DNA of 64,000 nt. It comes from Cytophagales bacterium (GTDB lineage Bacteria > Bacteroidota > Bacteroidia > Cytophagales > Cyclobacteriaceae). Below the pieces are notes generated by a model. The model was not told the origin of the DNA, searched no databases, and saw only the letters and a program-made list of their open reading frames with translations. The position numbers were made by a program, and so were the translations under genes. The stretch spans positions 23 to 64,022 of the forward strand of contig WGNT01000054.1 of NCBI GenBank assembly GCA_016124425.1, in the 5' to 3' direction. Shown one piece after another: positions 1-9,990 of this stretch. Positions within the stretch are counted from its first letter, which is position 1. Each line of letters begins with the position of its first letter.

Positions 1-1
1 G

Positions 2-469
2 GTTAAAACTGGTGAGTTCTCGGATTTCCCCACTCCTACCCGTCAAATGAGACCCGAGGAAATCGCTATTTTTCAAGGCATTGTAGAGGAAGGTTATGAG
101 ACCTTCCTAGGGAGGGTTTCTGACGGCAGGGACATGACAATAGAAGAATTATTACCACTTGCCTCCGGCCGCGTATGGAGCGGCGTAAGGGCGCAGGAAA
201 TCGGGCTAGTGGATGTGTTAGGTGGTCTTGAAGACGCTATTGAAATAGCAGCTACAAAAGCCGGTATTGCAGACGACTACCGGGTAGTTTATTATCCGGA
301 GCAAAAAACTTTTTTCGAACAAATTATCGGAGAGCTGAGCAAAGATGTAAAAACTGCCTATTCACGACTTATTTGGGGAATGACCTATGAATTATATCAG
401 CAGGTGGAAAAAATCAAACAAATGGAAGGGGTGATGGCTAGAATGCCCTTTGATACAGAGATTCGCTAA
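2..469 (+). CDS. sppA: Signal peptide peptidase SppA (protease IV), C-terminal part; gene begins before the window
   Basis: Frame is open from position 2 (VKTGEFSD...). S49 peptidase C-terminal motifs GRVWSG..A..IGLVD.LGGL.DAI..AA. Confidence 0.9.
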   Translation, partial: VKTGEFSDFPTPTRQMRPEEIAIFQGIVEEGYETFLGRVSDGRDMTIEELLPLASGRVWSGVRAQEIGLVDVLGGLEDAIEIAATKAGIADDYRVVYYPEQKTFFEQIIGELSKDVKTAYSRLIWGMTYELYQQVEKIKQMEGVMARMPFDTEIR

Positions 470-477
470 CTATCACC

Positions 478-515
478 ATGTAGTGGCCTTAAAAATAAGG
501 CCACTACATTTTTTT
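478..515 (+). terminator. Rho-independent terminator of sppA
   Basis: Perfect 14-bp stem ATGTAGTGGCCTTA/TAAGGCCACTACAT, 4-nt loop, then a T-run, 8 bp after the stop. Confidence 0.9.
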
Positions 516-548
516 AACACGATTATTATAAAACTTGGTTAATTTAAC

Positions 549-556
549 TACCTTTG
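549..556 (+). promoter_or_regulatory. Bacteroidota housekeeping -7 promoter element (TACCTTTG)
   Basis: Exact TAnnTTTG match 26 bp upstream of the ORF at 583. Confidence 0.55.
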
Positions 557-582
557 ACCGAGTTAATTAAATAATTGTTGTC

Positions 583-1266
583 ATGTTTCCATTTTGCTTA
601 AAGTCCGCTTTTACGCTTGTTATTACCTTCTGCTGCTATGTTACCATTTCTCCTTCTTTAATCGCGCAGCAAAATGAGCAAATCCCCACCTACAATATCC
701 AATATGAAAACTCACCTGAAACGTTACGCGCATGGAGTGATAGAGCGCCACATGCAATCAATTTGATACGTTTCCATGAGATGGATATTCTAGGTCCGAA
801 TGAAGGAATATATAATCAAAGCGAATACGGTAGCTCTGAATTCACGTTTCCAAGTATCGGTTCTGATGTGGAAAAAGGAGATGGGAAACATGTTTGCAAG
901 CCGGTTTTTTATGATCCTGAAAAATTCGAACTCATAGAACAAAGCGCGTTCAATATTTCCTCCCCCACATTAAAAAATAAAGCTAAAACGGAACGGATCT
1001 GTACTTGGGGGAAATTCAAAGGAAAAGAGGGGAATGAATTCTATGTATTCAACATCCATTTCGGGGAAATAGAATCAGTCCAACCAAGGGAATCAAAGAA
1101 AATGATTTTAGAAAAAATAAATGCTATCAATAAAGAACATTTACCTTGCATCTTAACTGGAGACTTCAACCTATCAGAAACCTCGCCATCGACGGAGGAT
1201 ACCATTAATCAAGAGGACGATGATGAAGAAGAACGGGCTGGTACGCTGATTTCTACTGAATCCTAG
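583..1266 (+). CDS. Endonuclease/exonuclease/phosphatase (EEP) family secreted protein, C-terminally truncated or degenerate
   Basis: Signal peptide, TYNI, RICTWGKF, NIHF and ILTGDFN motifs present. The C-terminal IDY...SDH motif is absent, replaced by an acidic tail. Confidence 0.7.
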   Translation: MFPFCLKSAFTLVITFCCYVTISPSLIAQQNEQIPTYNIQYENSPETLRAWSDRAPHAINLIRFHEMDILGPNEGIYNQSEYGSSEFTFPSIGSDVEKGDGKHVCKPVFYDPEKFELIEQSAFNISSPTLKNKAKTERICTWGKFKGKEGNEFYVFNIHFGEIESVQPRESKKMILEKINAINKEHLPCILTGDFNLSETSPSTEDTINQEDDDEEERAGTLISTES

Positions 1267-1604
1267 TGATTTGAATAAATTCCCGTAGTTAAAATCATAA
1301 TATTTTTTGGACTACTGAATAGATGGAATGGAGCATGAACTACCTCTCGCATAGCATCCTAATTGTTGAGGTAAGCTCCTCCCCAGAATCTAAATAGGCT
1401 TTTGCAGGTAAGAGGCGAAGTTTGATGCAGCTTAAAAACCCTAAACACATACTAGAAAAGGCGGTACCCATGCCCTAGCATTTTATTGGCCTCAAAGCTG
1501 CGGGTTCCGGAATGGAACATTTTTATCAGCTATTTAAGAATGTATTTTTACACTTTATTCGGCAGAAGACTTCATTTTTTAGACCCGGAAAAGGATAATT
1601 GTGT

Positions 1605-1612
1605 TAATTTTG
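1605..1612 (+). promoter_or_regulatory. -7 promoter element of valS (TAATTTTG)
   Basis: Exact TAnnTTTG match 21 bp upstream of the valS ATG. Confidence 0.6.
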
Positions 1613-1633
1613 CGGCTTAAGCAGATATAAAAT

Positions 1634-4273
1634 ATGTCCTCAACCTCCTTATCTTCTAAATATAATCCGAGCGAATCAGAATCAAAATGGTACCAATACT
1701 GGATGGATCATCATTTATTTCGATCAACTGTAGATTATACTAGAGAACCCTTTTCTATAGTAATTCCACCACCGAACGTGACGGGAGTACTTCACATGGG
1801 GCACATGTTGAATAATACCATACAGGATATCTTGATTCGTAAGGCGAGAATGGAAGGTAAAAATGCCTGTTGGGTACCGGGAACAGACCATGCCTCTATT
1901 GCTACCGAAGCAAAGGTTGTAGCCATGCTGAAAGATAAAGGGATCAATAAAAAGAATATCTCAAGAGAAGAATTTTTATCCCATGCATGGGAATGGAAAG
2001 AGAAATACGGCGGAATTATCTTAGAGCAGTTAAAAAAGCTTGGAGCTTCATGTGATTGGGATCGGACCAAATTTACCATGGATGAAGACCTTAGCCGGGC
2101 AGTAATAAGTGTCTTTGTAGACCTTCATAAAAAAGGAAAAATCTACAGGGGCATTAGGATGGTAAACTGGGATCCACAGGGAAAAACCGCATTGTCTGAC
2201 GACGAAGTGATCTTCAAAGAAGTTGCTTCAAAATTATATTACATTAACTACGCCATAGAAGGCAGTAATGAATTCTTGACAATTGCTACCACCCGTCCTG
2301 AAACAATTATGGCAGATGTTGCTATTTGTGTCCATCCTGAGGATGACAGATTTCGGCATCTAGCTGGCAAGCAAGCAATTATCCCTTTGATCAACAGGGC
2401 AATCCCTATAATAGCAGACGAATATGTCGATAGGGAATTTGGGACAGGCTGCCTCAAAATCACCCCTGCGCATGATATCAACGATTATGAAATCGGATTA
2501 CGACATCAGCTTGACGTGATTGACATCCTAAATGATGACGGTATGCTGAATGAAAAAGCACAAATTCTGGTGGGAGAGGACCGATTTATTGCACGCAAGA
2601 AAGTAGTAAAACTACTTAAAGATGCCGATCTATTGGCTAAAGAAGAAAGCTATACCTCTAATGTGGGACATTCTGAGAGAACAGATGCCGTGATCGAACC
2701 GAAGCTCTCCCTTCAGTGGTTTTTAAAAATGACCGACATTACAAAGCCCGCGCTAGCGGCCGTAATGGACGATACTATTAAACTCTTTCCTCCCAAATTC
2801 AAAAACATGTATAGGAGTTGGATGGAGAACGTCCGGGATTGGTGCATCTCCAGACAATTGTGGTGGGGACACAGGATTCCTGCCTATTACCTCCCTAATG
2901 GGAAATATGTCGTAGAGAAAAGTCCGGAAGATGCGTTACGCTTGGCCAACAAAACGTACGCCATGGAGTACACCTTAGCAGATCTTAAGCAAGATGAAGA
3001 CGTGCTAGACACCTGGTTCTCCTCATGGTTATGGCCAATGTCCGTATTTGACACAGAATTTTTTGAAACCGGCGAAAAAAATGAGGATCTTCGCTATTAC
3101 TATCCTACGAATGATCTGGTAACAGCTCCAGAAATTCTATTCTTTTGGGTCGCCAGAATGATTATCGCGGGATATGAATATACCGGCGAGCGGCCATTTA
3201 AAAATGTTTACCTTACGGGAATAGTACGGGATAAGCTTGGCAGAAAAATGTCTAAATCCCTTGGAAATAGTCCGGATCCACTTGAACTAATTCGGGATTA
3301 TGGCGCAGACGGGGTAAGAACCGGCATGCTTTTCAGTTCTCCAGCTGGCAATGACCTTCCTTTTGACGAAAAGCTTGTAGAACAGGGGCGTAACTTCAGC
3401 AACAAAATCTGGAATGCCTTCCGGCTGATAAAAGGTTGGGAGGTCGAAAGTATTCCTATGCCTTCAGAGAACCGAACAGCAGCACATTGGTTCGGCAATA
3501 GGTACCAGCAAGCCCTATCCGAAATTGAGGACCATTTTATGAAGTTTCGAATTTCGGATGCTTTGATGAGTACCTATAAGCTTGTCTGGAATGACTTTTG
3601 TTCTTGGTATCTGGAGATGATCAAACCCGCTTATCAAGCCCCAATTGATAAAGAAACCTATGAACTTACCGTTGCCTTTTTAGAAGATATACTAAAGCTC
3701 TTACATCCTTTCATGCCTTTCATTTCAGAGGAGATCTGGCATCAGATCAAGGAAAGAGACAGCCAACATGCACTGATCGTGTCACCATGGCCGACGGTAG
3801 GTTCCTTCGAGTCAGCTATTATTGAAGATGCACAGCACGTTTTTGATGTAATTTCCCAGATCCGGAATATGCGCGCATCTAAAGGGATTTCCCCAAAAGA
3901 AGCGCTAGCACTTACTGTAAAAACATCTCAGGAACCCCTCTATGAATCGTTTAAGGGAATATTGATAAAACTTGCCAATCTGTCTTCGCTTTCCTATGGC
4001 GACCATTTAGAACAGGCAATAAGTTTTGTGGTGAAGGCGGATGAATGCTTTATCCCTATCTCCGAAAAAATAAACGTCGCCGAGGAAAGAGAAAATCTAT
4101 TAAAGGAAATCAACTATACGAAGGGGTTTATTGAGTCAGTGATGAAGAAACTTGGGAACGATCGCTTCGTAGCGAATGCTCCCGAAGATGTTGTAGAAAA
4201 GGAAAAACAGAAGCATGCTGATGCCGCATTGAAGTTAAGGGCGCTTGAGGAAAGTCTGGAAAAGTTAGGCTAA
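1634..4273 (+). CDS. valS: Valine--tRNA ligase
   Basis: PPPNVTG.LHMGH (HIGH), DWCISRQLWWGH, KMSKS and C-terminal coiled coil; 879 aa. Confidence 0.99.
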   Translation: MSSTSLSSKYNPSESESKWYQYWMDHHLFRSTVDYTREPFSIVIPPPNVTGVLHMGHMLNNTIQDILIRKARMEGKNACWVPGTDHASIATEAKVVAMLKDKGINKKNISREEFLSHAWEWKEKYGGIILEQLKKLGASCDWDRTKFTMDEDLSRAVISVFVDLHKKGKIYRGIRMVNWDPQGKTALSDDEVIFKEVASKLYYINYAIEGSNEFLTIATTRPETIMADVAICVHPEDDRFRHLAGKQAIIPLINRAIPIIADEYVDREFGTGCLKITPAHDINDYEIGLRHQLDVIDILNDDGMLNEKAQILVGEDRFIARKKVVKLLKDADLLAKEESYTSNVGHSERTDAVIEPKLSLQWFLKMTDITKPALAAVMDDTIKLFPPKFKNMYRSWMENVRDWCISRQLWWGHRIPAYYLPNGKYVVEKSPEDALRLANKTYAMEYTLADLKQDEDVLDTWFSSWLWPMSVFDTEFFETGEKNEDLRYYYPTNDLVTAPEILFFWVARMIIAGYEYTGERPFKNVYLTGIVRDKLGRKMSKSLGNSPDPLELIRDYGADGVRTGMLFSSPAGNDLPFDEKLVEQGRNFSNKIWNAFRLIKGWEVESIPMPSENRTAAHWFGNRYQQALSEIEDHFMKFRISDALMSTYKLVWNDFCSWYLEMIKPAYQAPIDKETYELTVAFLEDILKLLHPFMPFISEEIWHQIKERDSQHALIVSPWPTVGSFESAIIEDAQHVFDVISQIRNMRASKGISPKEALALTVKTSQEPLYESFKGILIKLANLSSLSYGDHLEQAISFVVKADECFIPISEKINVAEERENLLKEINYTKGFIESVMKKLGNDRFVANAPEDVVEKEKQKHADAALKLRALEESLEKLG

Positions 4274-5325
4274 AACCTAACGGCTAAAGCCGTATTGAAG
4301 GCCAAGTTGCCTCGGTTCATCCATCCAGATGGCTGCTCGAAAATGGGCTCCGGACTGATGAACTGACGCCCTTCGATACGGGCAACCAGGGATTCGGTTA
4401 GCTGATAATCGAGATTTACCGAAAATCCCGATACGCGCATGCCGCTCTCCAGGATGACTGCATTGGAATCTGAATAATATTCACCCCTTCCTGCTACAGT
4501 AAGTTGGTCGGTGATCTCCTTCTGAAGGGAAAGGGTTATTCCGTACCAGTGGTTAAATCCATTTCTAAAGAACCGATGTTCGATTCCATAATCGGCACCC
4601 AGTGTTACGTTTAGCAAGTTGGAATATTTCTGGATGAAAAAATTGTTAAAAAACCGGTACATGCGTATGGGATGGGTACCTTCGTTGCCTAAGTAATTTG
4701 CGTAATTGAACAGTAGCTTTTCGGAAGGTCTATAAACAACCCCTAAGCCCGTGCCGAGACCTTGTTTGCCCCGTTGTCGCTGTATGTTTTGCCACCCATT
4801 AGTCAACCACAAGACAGCCTCGATCTTTTCAGTGAGGGGATACGTAAGCCTTGCTCCCGTTAAAAAATATGGGGAATTCTCCGCCAATAGGCTTCTTGAC
4901 AGATGCCAGCAGTCGGCACCTATCGCACTTTCGAATCCTATATGTGAGGGCATAACACCCACGTCCAACCAAAGATCCTCCAGCAACCTGACACCTACGG
5001 ATGCTTCATAGATAGCCTGTCCCCATACCGGTTCATTTGCCAAATTGTATTGCGCATATGTCCCGGACATGACACTCATCTTAGTCCTTGTCTTTGAGGT
5101 TTTGTAGGAAAGCTGTACCAAAGCGAGGTTCAACGAGAATTCATTATGACGCTTAAAATTGTATAGAAGCGATGGCCGTTCATGATTGGAGGGTCTGCTA
5201 AAATCATAGGCATAATAAGCCTCCAAATAGCCCGAAACTTCAAATCTATCGACAGTCTCCTGTGCTATTCCCTTAAGAGACAGTAGTACCAACACCAAAC
5301 TTACTACAGCTACTTTTGGGCACAC
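4270..5325 (-). CDS. Outer-membrane beta-barrel porin (bbp2/OmpL-like family); start uncertain, GTG at 5325 preferred over 5448
   Basis: Signal peptide, SGY.EAYY.YDF, SHIGFESA...W.L.RSL.AENSPYF.TG, NGWQ motifs and terminal Phe. The longer ORF would overlap ppa. Confidence 0.75.
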   Translation of the reverse strand: MCPKVAVVSLVLVLLSLKGIAQETVDRFEVSGYLEAYYAYDFSRPSNHERPSLLYNFKRHNEFSLNLALVQLSYKTSKTRTKMSVMSGTYAQYNLANEPVWGQAIYEASVGVRLLEDLWLDVGVMPSHIGFESAIGADCWHLSRSLLAENSPYFLTGARLTYPLTEKIEAVLWLTNGWQNIQRQRGKQGLGTGLGVVYRPSEKLLFNYANYLGNEGTHPIRMYRFFNNFFIQKYSNLLNVTLGADYGIEHRFFRNGFNHWYGITLSLQKEITDQLTVAGRGEYYSDSNAVILESGMRVSGFSVNLDYQLTESLVARIEGRQFISPEPIFEQPSGWMNRGNLAFNTALAVRF

Positions 5326-5404
5326 TATTTTAAAAACCAACGAGAAAACGGATTGATGGTTTATTCTAAAAAGTAAACCCAGCCTGATGGTGGGTTTCGG
5401 AGAC

Positions 5405-5944
5405 TTATTTGACGGTTCGGAATGTTCGGTCATAGAGTCGGATTGCATCTAAAATTATTTTCATGGCATCTTCTCTGCCTAAGAAATCCTCCACTTTCAC
5501 CTCTTTACTTTCAAGCTTTTTGTAGTCTTCAAAGAACCTACGCGTTTCTTTCATCAAGTGCGGAGGCAGCTCATTTATATTGTCAATGTAGTTTACCGAC
5601 TGATCATCGGCAGCTACAGCGATAATTTTATCATCTGCTTCACCACCGTCAATCATCCGCATTACGCCGATAACTTTAGCCTTCACCAATGTCATAGACG
5701 GAATATCAATTTGGGAGATTATCAAAATATCTAATGGATCATGATCTTCACAGAAAGTTTGTGGGATGAACCCGTAGTTAGCTGGATAATGAACGGCCGA
5801 AAACAATACCCTATCAAGAAGCAACATGCCCGTTTTCTTATCCAACTCATACTTTCCTTTACTTCCTTTAGGTATTTCAATCACACCCATCACAAATTCT
5901 GGCGCATTGTCCCCAATACTTACGTCATGCCAAGGATTAATCAT
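5405..5944 (-). CDS. ppa: Inorganic pyrophosphatase (family I)
   Basis: [33 protein letters not shown] and FFEDYK motifs. Confidence 0.97.
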   Translation of the reverse strand: MINPWHDVSIGDNAPEFVMGVIEIPKGSKGKYELDKKTGMLLLDRVLFSAVHYPANYGFIPQTFCEDHDPLDILIISQIDIPSMTLVKAKVIGVMRMIDGGEADDKIIAVAADDQSVNYIDNINELPPHLMKETRRFFEDYKKLESKEVKVEDFLGREDAMKIILDAIRLYDRTFRTVK

Positions 5945-6054
5945 AAAAAGGTATTTAGCAGATAAATTTTTCGCAAATTACTCCCTATTTATATCCGAAC
6001 AAAGAAAAGAATTGTAAAGTTGGTAAGCCGAAAAATATATAAAACCTCGAAAAA

Positions 6055-7152
6055 TTATAATTGAATTTGGTTTGCTAGATTTGGCAAAATGACCTCAACG
6101 GAAGTACCGCTTCCCTGTTCAGATTTTAAGATTACTTTTCCATTCATCTGCTCAACCGATTCCTTTACCATGTACAAACCCAGTCCGGAGCCTACGTTTC
6201 GTTGGGTCGCACGGTGAAATAAGTTGAAAACATCCTTTTGGTGTTTCTCCTCAATACCGATTCCATTGTCCACTACACAGATTTCCGCTTGGTCTGGAGA
6301 GGTAGTAATGGATATTTTTATTTTTTTGGAACCAGATTCCTTTTGAAATTTATATGCGTTGCCTACTAGATTATTTAAGATTACACGGATTTTTGCTTCG
6401 TCGGAGTAGAATTCGAAAGGCTGTGTAATCTCGACGGAAAAGTCAACATCCTCCATATTCCACTTCTTTAAATATTCTGCCATCTGCTGGTCAAAAACCA
6501 GTTTAAAATCAATGGATTCAATTTTATTTTCAATCTTCGTCGATCGATAAAAATCAAGCATCTTGTAAATAAAGTCATCAAGCTTTAAGGTTGCCGAGTC
6601 TATCATTTCAAAGTATTCCAAAATCATGGGATCGGCCGTTTCCATTTTTGCGAGTTTTGAAATACCCGATATGCTCATCAGTGGTCCCCTAAGTTCGTGG
6701 GATAGGCTATATACAAACTGATTCATTTCCGAGTGCAACTTTTGCAGGCGGTCATTTTTGACCTTTAGTTCTTTGCGGGCATCGTAAATCTCAGCGGCGT
6801 TAAAGATTGCATTTTTAATCTGCTCTAGGTTCCACGGTTTGTCGATGAATCGGTACACTTCCCCTCTGTTGATTGCGTCAATGACACTAACGATGTCAGA
6901 ATAGCCGGTAAGCAAAATCCGAATCGGCTTTGGATTCACCACAACAAGCTTTTCGAAGAATTCCACTCCTGTCATGCCCGGCATTCGCTGATCTGCGATG
7001 ACCACTTCGAATTCCTCCTGCTGCGCCATCCTCAACCCTTCTTCGGCATCAAGTGCTGTATAAATCCTAAAATCCTTACGAAGGCTGGCTTTGAAAGAGC
7101 TTAGATTATTGTCTTCATCATCAATATATAGCACATTGATTTTTCGGATCAT
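6055..7152 (-). CDS. Hybrid receiver-histidine kinase (REC-HisKA-HATPase), cytoplasmic
   Basis: N-terminal REC (YIDDE, ADQRMP, KPW); H-box SHELRGPL, N-box NLVGNA, DNGIG, GSGLGL. Confidence 0.93.
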   Translation of the reverse strand: MIRKINVLYIDDEDNNLSSFKASLRKDFRIYTALDAEEGLRMAQQEEFEVVIADQRMPGMTGVEFFEKLVVVNPKPIRILLTGYSDIVSVIDAINRGEVYRFIDKPWNLEQIKNAIFNAAEIYDARKELKVKNDRLQKLHSEMNQFVYSLSHELRGPLMSISGISKLAKMETADPMILEYFEMIDSATLKLDDFIYKMLDFYRSTKIENKIESIDFKLVFDQQMAEYLKKWNMEDVDFSVEITQPFEFYSDEAKIRVILNNLVGNAYKFQKESGSKKIKISITTSPDQAEICVVDNGIGIEEKHQKDVFNLFHRATQRNVGSGLGLYMVKESVEQMNGKVILKSEQGSGTSVEVILPNLANQIQL

Positions 7153-7159
7153 CGCCTTT

Positions 7160-9292
7160 TTATTTTTGGTTTATAGGAAGCTTAATGATGAAACTTGTCC
7201 CTATGTTTAATTCAGATTCAACATTGATCGTACCCTTATGGTTTTCAATGATAGTATAAACAATTGACAATCCCAAACCGGTACCTTTTCCTACCGGCTT
7301 GGTGGTAAAAAATGGTTCAAAAATCTTATCCCTCACATGTTCCGGCATCCCTGGGCCATTATCGGTAATCTGTATGACGATATAGTTGCCTTCTTGGGAT
7401 GTTTTGAGGAATAGTTCTGGGGATCGCCCTTCTATCGGGTGGTCAAGAAGGGCATGAACAGCATTACTAATGATATTCATAAATACTTGGTTGATCTTTC
7501 CAGCAAGGCATTCAACCATGGGCAGGCTAGCATACTCTTTTCTCACGCCTATCCGGCCTCCCATAGAACTGTTTAACAGAACTAGTGTGCTGTCCAGTCC
7601 GTCATGAATGTCAACTTCTTTGACATCTTGCTCATCTATTCTGGAAAAAAGCTTTAATCCGCGTACAATTTCAACGGTTCTTTTTGCACCGTCCTCCATC
7701 CCGGAAAGGAGCTGATTCACCTCTTCAAGCAGGTAATCCAGTTCTAGATCGTCTTCGAAATCACTTAGCTCAGATTTGCTTTCCGCGGAAAACTCCAGTT
7801 TGCCTTTTTCCCTATATAGCTCCATCAGTTCAAGAATATCCCTGATGTCACGTTTCAAAGGAGATATGTTTGAACTTACAAAATTAATAGGGTTGTTGAT
7901 TTCATGGGCTATCCCAGCTGTTAGCTGACCCAAGGAAGCCATTTTTTCTTGATTTACAAGCTGTGTTTGAGTATCCTTTAGATTTTTCAGTGTGAGTTCA
8001 AGTTCTTTCATTCTGGAAGTCACCATCTCTTCTAGGTAGAAGTTTTGTTCCTTAATAAGCCGTTCGTTTTCCTTCAGCGCTTCTACTTTATCATGCTGTT
8101 CTTTTTCCTTTTCTTTCTTCAGAATATTGATCTTGTCAGCAAGCGCAAAGGATAGCAAAAGGGCTTCAATTGCTGTACCGGCCAGTAAGGGCAAGTTAGC
8201 ATAGGCTCCAAGATCGAGAATACCCTGATTGTTAAGGATAAATACGACCAGCCCAAACAACAAAAAGCTCCAGGCAAACAAAAAGAAATAGGCAGAACGA
8301 TACCCCTCTTTTGCCACTTTAACCGCTATAAAAATAAAGGCCACCGCTAGCACCAAGCCATTAACATCAACAATCGAGTAGCTTTGGGAAACGAACCCCA
8401 ACAATCGTAAAACCAACGCAACAACATAAACCAATACCAACAGATACAGGTACTTTTCATACTTGGGAACGTATTCCGAGGTTTTGAGAAAAAGCCGGAA
8501 GAACGGTATAACGAAAATACTTGATAAAGTAGTAAACCCAATAATACTCACTTCATAAATAAAGGGATTTTGCCCAAGGAAAGGGTACGAATATCCCGAT
8601 AAAGAGAGTTGTGCAAATGCAATAAACAAGATATAGAAACAGTAATAGAGGTAAACTTCGTCCTTTATTGAGAAAAACAAAATAAGGTTGTATAAAAACA
8701 ACGCAACCATAATCCCAAAGTAGGCACTAATAATGACAAGCCGGCGGGTAAAATTATCGAAAAAAGTACTTTGGGGCGAGACGGTAATATCAAATTCGAT
8801 TGGGACTTTCGAGTTGATTTTAAAAATGAGGTCGTTCGTATAGCCACCGAAATCTTGAATTTTAAAGTAAGGATTTGGGTTTTTCAGGTTATCAGAACGC
8901 TGAAACTCAGTCCCGGCAGTGTCGACAGAAACCATATCACCTTCCGGAGTGACTCTAAAAAATTCTACCATCCGAAAGGTAGGGCTATTAACTTCGACAT
9001 ATAGCGGGCCTTCCTGCCCCTCATCACTATACTGGTCCAGACTTACCCTCACATACAATGGTTCCTTTTGGACCCCTATATTGATCTTTTCTGCCGCTGT
9101 TGAAATAAACAATCCTTCATCAAATCTCCCTTCTTCCAGTCTCTCGGTACCGACGTAATAGTCGTAGGTAGAAAATTTAAACCCTTCGTACCCTCCAAAA
9201 ACTCCCAAATAGTAAAATAATGGAACAATAAGCAAAAGAATTAAAAGTAACGTTAAAACGGTATTTTTAATATTCATGTAATCTTTTTTCAT
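7160..9292 (-). CDS. 7TM-DISM sensor histidine kinase (7TMR-DISMED2-like extracellular domain, 7TM, HisKA/HATPase)
   Basis: N-terminal TM, about 150 aa periplasmic domain, 7TM with G..(A)LFLYNL.LF...D..YLYY..Y and [12 protein letters not shown]; H-box [24 protein letters not shown]. Confidence 0.92.
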   Translation of the reverse strand: MKKDYMNIKNTVLTLLLILLLIVPLFYYLGVFGGYEGFKFSTYDYYVGTERLEEGRFDEGLFISTAAEKINIGVQKEPLYVRVSLDQYSDEGQEGPLYVEVNSPTFRMVEFFRVTPEGDMVSVDTAGTEFQRSDNLKNPNPYFKIQDFGGYTNDLIFKINSKVPIEFDITVSPQSTFFDNFTRRLVIISAYFGIMVALFLYNLILFFSIKDEVYLYYCFYILFIAFAQLSLSGYSYPFLGQNPFIYEVSIIGFTTLSSIFVIPFFRLFLKTSEYVPKYEKYLYLLVLVYVVALVLRLLGFVSQSYSIVDVNGLVLAVAFIFIAVKVAKEGYRSAYFFLFAWSFLLFGLVVFILNNQGILDLGAYANLPLLAGTAIEALLLSFALADKINILKKEKEKEQHDKVEALKENERLIKEQNFYLEEMVTSRMKELELTLKNLKDTQTQLVNQEKMASLGQLTAGIAHEINNPINFVSSNISPLKRDIRDILELMELYREKGKLEFSAESKSELSDFEDDLELDYLLEEVNQLLSGMEDGAKRTVEIVRGLKLFSRIDEQDVKEVDIHDGLDSTLVLLNSSMGGRIGVRKEYASLPMVECLAGKINQVFMNIISNAVHALLDHPIEGRSPELFLKTSQEGNYIVIQITDNGPGMPEHVRDKIFEPFFTTKPVGKGTGLGLSIVYTIIENHKGTINVESELNIGTSFIIKLPINQK

Positions 9293-9990
9293 ACACTAGG
9301 TTTTGGTATCTGTAATTCAAATTGCAACTCCATCTTTCCCCGAGGACCACTTTCTACCGTGTTAAAGTTCATTTTGTACCTTAAATCAAAAATATATTCC
9401 CGCTCGGTATCCGTTGCATGGGGAAGATTCTCTATATCAACAATTTCAAGAGCTGTCGCAATTAACCCTTCTTTGGGGTAGTAAAAAGAACCGTTGTCCC
9501 CTAGGGATTTTATAACTTCATAGCCTACACTTTTCGAAATACTTAGTGTGACTGGCGAACTGAGTCCAAACAGTTTCTTCAATCTCAACTGGGGCAAAAT
9601 GGCAATACCTACCCGCACAAGATAGATGCTTCCAATCCCATAGCCAGCTACTTCCCTACTATTCCAAAGACCGCAATATTCTGCTACCTCATAGTCCTTG
9701 AAATCTGCCATATAGGGAATGATCTTAGGGTCAATGTCCTTTATAGCTGTCTCGAACGGCAAAGGGAAGTTTTCCGTTCTTAACTGTATCCTACCACCGC
9801 CTAATACCCGGAAATCATCCATTGATTCAAACAGAATCAAATAAACCTGGGGGTTTAGCGCCCAAGACCGATCGGCGGAAGTCACCTTGGTAATTCCATA
9901 GGATTCCAATACCTTATGATGTCCATAAATATATTTTTCAGTTGCCTCTACATCATCTATGGCCTTGACTATCCTAACTTTTACCTTCAT
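9289..9990 (-). CDS. Uncharacterised protein, putative GNAT-fold acyltransferase (N-acyl amino acid synthase/LuxI/Rv1356c-like)
   Basis: Overlaps both neighbours (17 bp and 4 bp). Motifs VLGGGRI, PLPFE, VAEYCGLW and YYPKE resemble acyl-carrier-dependent N-acyltransferases. Function is inferred. Confidence 0.6.
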   Translation of the reverse strand: MKVKVRIVKAIDDVEATEKYIYGHHKVLESYGITKVTSADRSWALNPQVYLILFESMDDFRVLGGGRIQLRTENFPLPFETAIKDIDPKIIPYMADFKDYEVAEYCGLWNSREVAGYGIGSIYLVRVGIAILPQLRLKKLFGLSSPVTLSISKSVGYEVIKSLGDNGSFYYPKEGLIATALEIVDIENLPHATDTEREYIFDLRYKMNFNTVESGPRGKMELQFELQIPKPSV

